A stretch of 64,000 nt of DNA from Lama guanicoe (Eukaryota): NCBI GenBank assembly GCA_013239625.1, contig MU054323.1:10323186-10387185 (forward strand), given 5' to 3'. A program made the translations under genes and the position numbers. The number at the start of each line of letters is the position of its first letter. Position 1 is the first letter of the stretch. This document shows, in pieces, positions 38,182-49,045 of the stretch. The notes under the pieces were generated by a model. It ran no database searches. It worked only from the letters and a program-made list of their open reading frames with translations, and was not told where the DNA came from.

Positions 38182-40589
38182 AGTTACATCATGGCTTTAA
38201 AAAAATTAGTATATGTGTAGAATTATTAAAGACAGATGAAATGTCCTTTCATTCTTTTGAGATTTTATATTCTTGTCAGGGTTAATTAAGACCATATGAA
38301 AACTAAGGAGAGATGTATCAAAGCTTAGAGGGAGGACGGACTCACAGTCACTGAAGACTTCACGAAGGAGATGACCTGGGTTGGGCCACAGAAGATCAGT
38401 AGGGACCACCTGATAAGGACAGGAGGGAGCACGTCCCAGGCAAAGGCCAGGGCACAAATGATATGCCTGCCCTGGACGTGTCAGTCCTGCTGCCTTCACT
38501 GCCCCTCAGTCCTGTATCGCGGGAGGCTGCTGGCTCCAGCCACACCTGACTGAGCCAGGGGTAACCAATTCCTAGGCTGGCTATGACCTGTGACTTTCAT
38601 GGTCTGGCTCAAAGAAACAAGCCAGAGCAATCTGATTCTCCACTCGGGGAATCTGATCAAATACGTGGAAAGACTCCATGATTTATGGCAACAACTGCAG
38701 GTGAACATTTCTGAAGTGGAGTCAGGACAAGACAGGCCAGGTGCTCTTCAGTTACCTCAGTGGGAGCCTGGGGACAGGGTGGGGCAGGAAGACACATTCC
38801 TTAAGTAAAGGGCTCCAGTTGGAGGAAGAAGAGAGGACTGCCACCCAACTGGGGCTGAGCCATGTGAAGAGCAGATGTTGGCTCTCAAAGCCAAGCACGC
38901 TCCTACTGGGGTGCCTGCAGCCCTGGGTAGTCAGAACCTTGTCAAGGCCTCGCCATGGTGAAGCCAGCTCTCTCATCACCCCTAACCTTGGCAGCCCTGA
39001 TCTCTCCTTCCAGCTTCCCTCAGCAGAAGGAGTTGGAAATGACAACCTTCCTCAGAGCAAGGCAGTGCAATATTATGGAGAAGGTGGGGACTAGGAGTCA
39101 GCGATCTGGGTCCTGGTTCTGGTGTTAGCCATTAGCCACTCCACTTTGTGTCCATCTGCACTCTCACCTCTGCCAACAGCCTGGAGACAATGAGGAGTGT
39201 GAGGAAGAGCAAAGGAGATGTCGTGTATGAAAGCCCTCGGTCAGCCTCACAAGGAACATAGATTTATTGCTGTTTTCAGTTATGGAATTTAGATAAGGAA
39301 GAAAGAGAGATGCTTCTAAAAGCCACGCAGGGGCCAACGATGCTTAGGGGAGCCACATGAGCTAGTCTCCAGCTGAGGTGGACCACGAAGTCCAAGGAAG
39401 TATGGTGCGGGGGCTGCTGCTCAAGGCCAGCCCAGATTTGCTCCCCCATGCCGCTCCCTACACGTCACATGCCTGTCTGGTCACGGTCTTGAATATGCTA
39501 AAGTGAAGGCACAGAGGACAGCATGGCAGGGGGGAGAACTGAGGCCCAGAGGGGTTAGCTGAGGTTGTGATGCTGACTAATTAATCAGCAATTAGCAAGC
39601 CAGGCACTTCTGATCCACCCGTAGAGTAGTGACCCCAAAGAACTGAGACTGAGATGGGTGAGAGGAAAGAGAAGAGAAGCCAGAGGGTGAGGGGGGCGTG
39701 GGCAGTGAGGACTAGAGGGATGTGGGGAGGGGGCAGGGCCCAATAGTGCCTGGGGGGCGGGGTGTCTGAGGAGGGAGCAGAATGAGAAGGGGTCAAGGGC
39801 GTGGGGGTGAAAGGGCAGGGCCCACTCATTCACTGTCACAGCTGGCACAGGGCTCACTCTGGCTGCCCCTTAGCGGTCCACGGTATCTGACTATGGGCAC
39901 CCTGTCTCAGAGATCACTGATGCTGACCTGCAGTAGGAGGACACCTAACATCTAGCAGATGAGGAATCTGAAGCCCAGAGAGGGAAAGGGGCTAGTCTAG
40001 AGTCTCTGGTGTTAGAGGTGGACTTGGCCCCTAGGCCAGCGTCTTCCAGGTTCTGCCTCAGCGACCTCCCATCCCTCCGTGCTCCACCGCCCCCACCAGG
40101 CCCAGCTGGGCAGGAGCTGCAGGGCGACAGTGGCTGAGAAGAGCTGCTGGGCCGGCAAGTGCGGCTCCAAAGGACAGTAATGGCTGCATTGTTTTTCCCT
40201 ATCAATCAACTGTCAAGTTTTTACTTTTTTTGTATTTACATTTGCAATTACTCCAATTTCCAGGCAAGAAAAAAGAAAACGTGATTGCGAGACTGACGAG
40301 AAGACTCATCTCTGGACTTTGCCAACCTGAGAGCACAGAGCTTTCACTGTGCTGCCAAGTCTGGGTCTGGCATGATTCACAGTGAGTCCCCATCTCTAGA
40401 GGGCAGAGGACAGGGGATCTGCAAGGTGCTGTCTGAACTAAAGCTGCCTGTCTGCACACTGGGGAGAGGTGTTCTGCCCATGACACACTTGTGTTGAGCT
40501 GTAAATGACCCAAAGGCAGTGTGCCGAGGTTTCAATATTTTCTCATGGAGGAGATCACGGTGAAGTGAGGGGCTCAGGGGAAAGCTTTT

Positions 40590-40677
40590 ATTGAAAGATT
40601 CCTATGAAGTTGAAATTGCTGACAATGGACCACTTTGGACCTATGAGCATCACAATTTCATATGATTCAACCTAATG
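40590..40677. mobile_element. MADE2-like mariner MITE
   Basis: 'tgaaattgctga...tttggacctat...caatttcatatgattcaacctaat'. The right TIR is well preserved and the left is degraded. Confidence 0.75.
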
Positions 40678-42418
40678 CATAAGACACTGCTGAATTCTTC
40701 ATAAACACTCCACAAGGAAAACATCTTCACTGTTCTTTGCCTGATTAGGTTAGTGAGAGAGAAATGGACTAATGCTGAAACTTCCAACAAAGGACAGCCA
40801 TTTGGTCCCTATTTACTGGAGAGCCTTAACTCTGAGACGGAGGCATTTCCTTCACTTACATCCCAAACCATCCTCCCACTAACACCTGCACCTTTTGTGT
40901 GACCTGCAGGGTGGTCTCGTGCTGGCTACAAAGTCTTGCAGAATTTTATTTCTGAGTGTGTAGGGGCCACAGAAGGACTGGAAACGTGTCTAAGGAAGGC
41001 AGGAGGTTGCAGAGAGGCTGACTGTGGTCTGCTCCCTTCACCAGCTTCTAAATGAGTCTGCCCTGTCTTAATGAGTGGTCCAGTTCTCTCTGTGCTATGT
41101 GACCCCTTCCAGCCATAACTGAAGGGCAGCCCCTCCACAGGCTAGCTGACCACCCATGATTTATGTGGCCTTGCTTAAAAGGCCTGTCTGGGCCAGTCAG
41201 ATGCCTTTCTTCAGAATCTGCATTTGAGGCAGTGCTGGTTGTCTGTGAGGGCTCAGCTGAAGGGTCCTGGGGTGGATCAGGAGCCAAGGCAGCCCTTCTG
41301 GGCTGTGTTCCCGCTGGTTTAAGAAACAACTCTTTAGCAGAGCAAGGAGACAGAGCAGCACCCCATCAGATGTGCATGGGACACCAGGCTAACTCTTTGT
41401 CTTACTCCTGTCCTTCCTCCTCGTTATCCCAGTTTTAGACATGGAAGAACGGAAAAGCAGAGGCTTTAATTATCCCTGCCTCATGGGACAGAGGTGAGAT
41501 GCTGTCACATTTCCTGCCAGGAGTAAGAAGAAGAGTTGATTTCTCCGTGCCTGTAGTGTTCTGGTTCCAGTCCCAGGCTGTAAACATCCTTACAATGTTC
41601 CCACTTTTCCTAGTGGTTCCATGAGTGGGTGTCTGATACCTTCCCCAGCAGCTGACTGGCTTTGGAGGCCTTTCCCCAATCCGTGAATATTTTACCACTT
41701 CTCTAATGAGTAAGGCTTAATCCTTTCCATCTGTATGGAGCCTTCACAGATATCATTTCATAGGTCCTACGACACTCCCATCAAGAAGGCACAGTGGGCA
41801 TCCTGAGTTTTGTATTTGCAGAAGGGGAAACAAAGTCACACAGTACTGGACCTAACACTTAGGCCCCTGGGCTCCCAGTCTAGTGCTTTTCTTTATGATT
41901 TCTCTGGTTTTCACATCACCATCTACTCGGGTAAATCCTGAGTTTGTAAGTCCAAGACTCAGCCCATCCTGGCCTGTGCTCCACGCGCCACCCCCCCCTG
42001 CAGCCCCCACCCTGCACACTGTCCTTGAAGGTCTCTGCAATGCACATGCCATGCTCTCATCTCTCAGCTGAGGCCCGTTGCCCACCAGGCCCTAGCAGTA
42101 ACTGAACAGCTGAACTCGAAGGGAAAGCCTTTTAGCTGCAGGAAGCAGTTCTGCTGATTCAACCTCATCTAATTAAGAGTCACTCAACTGTCAGACACAT
42201 TGCCTTTTGGATTAGGCATAAAACTAAGACCCTGAACTCTCCAAACTCTTTTCTTTTTGTCCCATACTCTGCCCATTCCCTAATGTTTGACCAACATTGG
42301 GAGAAGGAGAAGCTTAGCTCTTAAGTTTGGGTTACCCTGAGGTGCGATATACAAAGTCAGAGGTAGGAGGGACCAAGGTTCTCTGGGTTCCACACCAGGC
42401 TCCTCAGAGTCCTAGGAC

Positions 42419-42605
42419 CAGTGGTGCACTGGAGCCTGCATCTCTTCCCAAGTCCATGTTTAGTGACCTCAGGGTGGCATTGTAAAATTGGCCATGACTG
42501 AGAATGTTTACACTGCGGAAATTGGCAAATGCTAAAATTGGGGCCCCTCTCTCCCCACACTCTGAAGAGCCAGTTGTTAAACAGGTGCTAGCTCATCGCT
42601 CACTG
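42419..42605. mobile_element. MER63-like hAT-Blackjack element
   Basis: Ends cagtgg...cactg, with internal 'tgtttacactgcggaaattggcaaatgcta' and 'gagccagttgttaaaca'. Confidence 0.78.
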
Positions 42606-42732
42606 CCCAGGGCTCCCAGAGGTACCACGAGAGCCTGCCTGGGGAGTGTGGGCGGAGGCCACAGGGCTGAACTGCAGGCCCCTCAGGCCCGATGTAACCT
42701 GGGAAGTCCTGCTTTTGTCTGTTTCACAGAAC

Positions 42733-42972
42733 AACAGTAGCTGACCTTTACTAAGCACTAAATACACACTAGGTTCTGTGCTGAGGCTTTACAAGCATTG
42801 ACCCACTTTACCTCCTATGACCTTAAGAATAGGTAATATAATTAACTTCCTTTTTGCAGATGAAGAAAATGAGGCTCAGAGAGATCAAGTAATTCACCTC
42901 AGATCACACAGCTGGTAAAAGTGGCATCAAGATTTGAATTCAGGCAGTTTCTTAATCTCTATGCCTCTACTG
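42733..42972 (-). mobile_element. MIR SINE, near full length
   Basis: 'tttgcagatgaagaaaatgaggctcagagagatcaagtaattcacctcagatcacacagctggtaa'. Confidence 0.9.
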
Positions 42973-43599
42973 CTTCTCGACACTAGATTTAATTTGGGGA
43001 AAAAAACTCCCAGGCTAAAAAAAAGTTAGAAAATTAATATTTTCACTAAAGTGCTAATTGAGGGACCTGAATATTCCCTTCCACCCTCCTGCACTTTGCT
43101 GCCTCGGTTCTAAATTTAGTAGAAGCTGTTTGCACAGAGTTGGATCAATCAATAAATGATAAGTATACTTCAGAAACCAAACTTGCTCCACTCCTCCTGT
43201 CTGACTTTGGGACGGGAGACTGAGCAGACCCACTGGGGTGGTAGAATCACTCAATCACGCTGAAAATGACATCTAAATAAATAAAGAAAATCAGGCACAC
43301 CATCTGGGCTGTCACACAGCATGGGCTCTTGCGCAGCTGCTGGGTGCTGTTTATTCTGGGCTGTCCTGGACAGGGAAGGAGAGACCTGGGTTCAGCTGAG
43401 GGCAAAGAATCTTCCAGGTCCTTAGATATAAACTAAAACCTATTAGTGTCTGAAGTCTTCCTCACCATTTGTAACCCCCTGGACTGCCCCAAGTCTACCT
43501 GTCCTCGATCCCCTCATCCCACCCTCAGGAACTTCAGCCTCCCCAACTAGTCACAGCTTCCTCAGCAAGCCCTAGGCTTTTTCTCTATCAAATTGAATG

Positions 43600-43800
43600 A
43601 AAAGATTGAGTCAGGCTGGTGGCTGTCACTTTGTTCTTACATATTAGCTCTAATTAAAGCCTCAGCCTCTTAGGTTCTCTGTATCTAAAGTTGGCATAAT
43701 GAGCTGCCACGTGCATTATGGTGAGGAGTGTGAGATAACCAATCTAAAGTGCTTAGCACAGGGTTGGTACCCGGCCAGGACTAAATACGGGTCAGCACTG
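43600..43800 (+). mobile_element. MIR SINE
   Basis: 'gtgaggagtgtgagataaccaatctaaagtgcttagcacagggttggtac'. Confidence 0.7.
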
Positions 43801-44419
43801 TGAATGGTGACGATGCTGATGTTAGCGCTTTGCCCTCATTCCGTCCCCACACCGTTCTCACTGACCCTGCACCTGATCACCCTCCATATCTCCCTGTCCA
43901 CGTCCTACCTCCGGCAAGGCCAAGCTCAGACAGTTCTTCTTTGAAGACTTGGGTAGCTCTTCCAGGGAGACGTGATCTCTGTTCCCCTTAACAGAGTAAC
44001 ACCGTATGTCACAACACTGCTTCTAGCTTCAGGAAGATCAGCTGTATTACTTCTGAAGTCTCAGCAGTCTTGACAAACTTTCATGGCAGATGCCTTTGCT
44101 ATTAGGGTCATACCACAGCCAGATCCAAATCTCATCCTGTTCTCCTGATCACTGGTGAGTGCTGTGGCAATCCCCTGCCATTCCTGTCCTTTGGAATAGT
44201 CAAGGTAGCCCATGTGAAGTGCCAAACTCTGATGTTCTGTCTTGTTCTTTTATGTCAACAATTCCCCTTTACAGAATCTGCAGGCTGACTTAGCAGGGTC
44301 TCCTGGAGGGGTGGGTGGAATGAGATTTCTTCTTGCATGTGGTGGTTGAGGGTGTATCTCATAAACTATCCCCTTGATTTTTCATTGGCTTGGTCCTTTC
44401 CTGGGTCTTTAAAATCTAA

Positions 44420-44670
44420 TAATTACTAGTTATCGAATCTCCTTATGTACTAATCACTGTGCTAAATGCAAAACATGTGATATCTTATTTATTCCACTCA
44501 GCATATCTATGAGATAAGCACTTTTATAAATCAGTATTTTACAGATGGGTAAGTTGAGACTAAGAGAAGAAAAGGAACTGACCAAGTTCAGACTGCTGGT
44601 AAACAGCAAGATGGAGACTTGAGTGCAGAACATCAGACTCCAGAGCCGGAGTTCTTAACCAACATGGTAC
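44420..44670 (-). mobile_element. MIR SINE
   Basis: 'attttacagatgggtaagttgagactaagaga...cagactccagagccggagttcttaacca'. Confidence 0.85.
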
Positions 44671-44709
44671 TGAGTTTGTCAGGGTACCTCTGAATTTTTG
44701 AGTGTGTAT

Positions 44710-44745
44710 GTCTTTGTGTGTGTCCGTCTTTGTGTGTGTCCGTCT
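44710..44745. repeat. 16-bp tandem duplication (GTCTTTGTGTGTGTCC) x2.25 within a TG-rich tract
   Basis: Read directly from the sequence. Confidence 0.85.
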
Positions 44746-45797
44746 GTATGTGTGTGGTGAACTTATTCAACTGTAGGGAAAAAAAATGATAGGCTTTGTT
44801 CTTTGAAATAAGCAATGATGTATTCATAAGCTTTTCTATATTATTTATTTGGAAATTTAATTCTCTAAATGATGACCAATAGGACTAATCAAATTCTGTA
44901 ATTTTCAATAAATGCTTTAGTCTAAGGTGAAAAGAAAAGATGGAGAAGATATGTTACTCAAATGAATATTTGAGCCTCATGAGGAACGTTTAGTGATTCA
45001 GCCTACTTCTGTGTAGGGCTCTCTGTGTTGTTTGTCTCCAAATAAGAACAGAAGTCTCCTGGCATAAGGTCTCCAGGAAGCATTCTGGCTGACAGCAAAT
45101 TCTTCTAAGGGCTCCAGAGGAACCATTTCAATCTAAGTTTGCTCAAGCATCAGGAAAGTCGATTGTTCACCAGTTCTGCTGGAAGGTGGATTCACTCTGC
45201 CTGCAGGTGCCCACCTTTCTGTACAGCTTCTCATCTGCATCTCCATAAAGTAAACAGTGTGTGGTCTCAGAGAGAGGCAGGCTCCGACGCCATCTCTCCC
45301 GACTGGAATCGCCTGCTCACTTCTCTGTTTCCACAGCTTCCCCACGGTGGTGCTTCGTTCTGTTATAATTGGTTGTCATGTATCCCTCTCCTCGACTACC
45401 ACACAGGCCCTGCGAGGGCCAGCGAGTTCCTGCTGTGTACATTCCTAGATGATTGACACGTATTTGGGGGATTAATAAATAAATGGTTCCAGCATTGGAC
45501 TTTTTCAACTAAGGGATGAACAACGAGAAATATTCTAAGTATATCTAGAAGGATGACCCAAAGCAGAGCTTAAAAGGAGCATTTCAACGTGCACTGTAGT
45601 ATCAGCACTCACACCAATGGGGACTGATGTCGTCCGGGAATCAGCAAATAAGGGTTTGCACTGCAGACAGTTCCCACGCCTTGACGAGTGAGTTATTTAG
45701 GCTGGCCCAGTGCTCCTCTGCACCCTGGTTCCTCACTTCCATCCTCTTCAAGCTCCACTAAAGCTGTGTGAGGTAGCTTTCAGAATCCCACCCCGCT

Positions 45798-45829
45798 ACA
45801 CACACACACACACATGCACACACACACAC
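45798..45829. repeat. Interrupted (CA)n microsatellite
   Basis: (CA)8 TG (CA)6. Confidence 0.92.
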
Positions 45830-48429
45830 CAGGGTTCCTGGCAGGGTTGGCGTCCCAGCCTTCTCAGTGAGGAGCCTAGACAATCAGCCCAGAATCCTGT
45901 TCCCTCTTCATTGGGTGCTTTCTTGTGGTTGGGCCAAGTCATGGTATTTCATTAAGCTAATAAAAGGGAGAAAGTCAAACTCTCAGACTGTGGAAGTCTC
46001 TCACATAATAAAAGCTGACTGGCAACTTACGGCGGTTCCACCTGAGGGTGACTTTGGGATCAATACATTCTCTCGAGCTTCCGGAGACTGGATTTGCACA
46101 GGCTCTCAGTATCATTAGTGGGCTGCACCAGCCAGCTCACCTCCCAGAAGGAGGCCAGCACCACCCAGCTCATCCCCAGACTGAGTCTCCTGAGCATGTG
46201 GTCTGGTCTCACCGCCTTCTCCCCTCCTCTCTCCATCTTGGAGACAATTCTACCTGACACAGAGCTTATGGAGCGCAGCTCGTGGGTGGTGCCTACGTCT
46301 TTACAGACTTTGTCCAGGTGCTTCCTCATTCTAAGGGGAAGAATATGTGCATTAGAACTCCCTTCTCGCATCCAGGGCAGTGGGTGTCTACAGCCTGGAA
46401 GCCTGATCCTCCTGTGGCTTTTCTGGCTTAGCTCAAACGTCCCTGGCTTTCTGAAGTCCACTGACCCTCCCTTCCTGGGCAGAATCCACATAACCATGAG
46501 TGAGTCTTCTAGGTCCTGGTCTCCATATGAGCCTGAGTGGGTTCCATTCCCTTTCTTTCTGGATAATGAGCTGCTGCAGAGTCTGCTCGCTGTCCTGAAC
46601 CTGGCCGGCAATCCTCCCCCATCACAGGTCTAGCCTCTGGGCAGCCTACTGGCCTTTGCCGAGCAGGAGGTACAAAGGCCGCACATTACCATTACACGAG
46701 GCTTGCCCCTGCATGCAGTGGGCACTTTTCTCTAAAGCCATGTATTAAACCTGTTTTTGTCAGTGACTTCATGTTACGTTTCTATTCACTGGGCATCTTC
46801 CCTGTGTCTGGCTCTATGGTAGGTGTCAGGTGCTGTGGAAATACAGAGATGATTCATGGACTCTTATCCTCAAAGAGTAGCAATCTTAGGGCAGATGTGA
46901 CAGGAGCACAAATAACAAGGAATTGTGGTAAAACATAAGTACCATAATGGTGGTAAAAATAAAAGCCTTCAGACATTTACAGGAGGAGAAGTTATTTCTA
47001 GGTTGACGAGATGAATTAATTATGCTTAATTTATGTGCTCTATAGTTGAGACGCTTGTGTATGAGGTTTGCTTAAAAAGAGGTGACAGGAAGCCCTTTTG
47101 TCCTAGGTTCTTCCAAGACTAGAGTGTTTCTCTGAATCCCTGCTCTCCACACACCCAGTCACAGGGGCCTGGAACCAAAGAGGCTGCCAGGGGCACAGTG
47201 AGTGGCAGAGGGAAGTGGGGAAGAAGGGCCACAACTGAGGGAGGACGTGAGAAGCTGAGCAGCAAAGCCTCGGGATCCTCCTGGCTGGAGACACTCTCTC
47301 AGGAGCCCTAAGGAAATGGATGAGCCCAAAATTGATACCCCTGATCGGCAGAACAGGTCCCCCTGCCATTAGCAGCGGTGACAGCTTTCAGACAGGGCAC
47401 AAGCCAATTGTTAAACACCCCTCAGCATTATCCACCAGGGTGGGAGAATTGGTTTTGGTATCCGGGAGAAACAGCCGTTTGGGAAATTACATTCAGTTTC
47501 CCTGCATCTCCTCTAACGCATTAGTGAGAGATAATATTCCACATTGTAAGTCCAGAACCATCCCGCAGAGCTGCTGTTAAACAGCTGTCACCTTCCTCCC
47601 TGTAGCTGGCTGCATTTCTCTGCAGGAAGAATGACTCCCGGCGTGTGCGCGTGCCAGCGGCATCAATCCCGCCTCGCAGGCAGCGTCCTGCAGGAGGCAG
47701 AGGCAATGCATTGTAGTGGGGAAGCACTGGACTAGCTGTTGGGAGACCAGATTCTGGTTTTGGCTCAGTTGTGACTTGCTGTGCAACCTTGCGTCAGTCA
47801 CTTAATTTCTCTGGTGCCTGGGGTTTCTATGCTGTGAAGTGAGGAGGTCGGGATAGGTGATTCCCATGAGACTTGTGGTCTGGGATCACTGGGTGGGCTC
47901 TTTTTCAGCAGAGCAAGGGCTCTGCCTGACTCTTGCTTTGGGCTGGAAACTCAGAATGGATTGGCCCTGTGATCGTCGGATCTTGTGGTCTGTCCACGGC
48001 CAGTGACCCCAGACAGTGAAGGCTGTGGAGGCACCAAGCCCAGGTTCTTCTTTGTTTCTCACTGACCTAAGGTCTAAGAAGATTGAAAACAAATTACACT
48101 GGGCTCATCCTTTCCCTCACTTCATTGTTTTTCATGATTTGTATCAGACTCCTGACCCACTAAAGTAATGGGAAATTAGGGAGAGAAGGATGGAGAAAGG
48201 ACACAAAGGCCCAGGGGTCAGACAGGGAGTGAAGAGGTGGGAAAGGAGGAAAAAAGGACAAAGGGCGACTGTGGCTGGCAAGGGAGAGGGAGGGCACAGG
48301 CAAGGATGGGGGGTGAGAATTAGAAGAGAGTGGGCAAACGAGGGACAGGCGTGGAGGAGGCGGCACTGGAAGGAGGCCAAATACAGGAGAATGATGGAGC
48401 ACTTATGGAAATAAGTGCTGGAATCTTAA

Positions 48430-49045
48430 GAAATTAATTTCCTTCCTTCCTCCCTCACCTCTCCCTCTTTCCTTCCTCACTTTCTTCCTTGTTTCTTTCC
48501 TTCCAACAAACACTTACTAGCAACCCACAATCTGACCCACAATATTCTACATCATCTAGTCTAGGTGCTAAAGATGCAAACATGAACAAAACAAAGCCCT
48601 TGTGTGCAAGGAGTTTGCAGTATATTAGGAGGAAGCAGAGTGTTTAATGTGTGACAAGGTGTGGAGAAAACTGTCACAGGAGGGGTGTGTTTGCAGCAAG
48701 TGGAGTGGATCAATTCTACTCGGGGAGGGAAGGAGGGTCTAGGAGGCAGCCTGCAGCTGGCTGGGTCTCAGGAGATGGGGGGAATTTCTGTGCTTTTCTG
48801 CTACGTTTCCCCTCTACAGCTCTGTACAACTGTCTTCACACAAGCCCTAGTCAGTCACTCCATCCTCCGTATTTCCATGGCGCTGTGGCGCAACTTTATC
48901 TGCATTCACCTCCCTGAACTGTAACTACTTCCTTCCCTGTCTTCTTATTCACTAGGCTGAACTCTTTAAGGCCAGGAAACTTGGTTTCATTTTTATTTAT
49001 ATTTATATTTCCCAGGACATAATATGGTGCCAGTAAACAGTGGAT
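48430..49045. mobile_element. Two L2 3' fragments in opposite orientation (minus at about 48490-48640, plus at about 48900-49045), with a CT-rich tract at about 48438-48505
   Basis: 'caacaaacacttactagcaacc...ctaggtgctaaagatgcaaacatgaacaaaaca' and 'ctaggctgaactctttaaggccaggaaac...tttcccaggacataatatggtgcc'. Confidence 0.7.

Noticed and set aside
39862..39882. CTCF-like motif (minus strand CCGCTAAGGGGCAGC), with another at about 61448-61465
   Set aside because: Each has a mismatch at a core position, so neither is supportable without ChIP or conservation data.
46060..46633. Overlapping antiparallel ORFs of 179 and 183 aa
   Set aside because: No recognisable domain or gene context. ORFs of this length arise by chance in DNA of this GC content.
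48590..48985. miR-28/151-like hairpin from opposed L2 fragments
   Set aside because: The arms are over 300 bp apart and poorly complementary.
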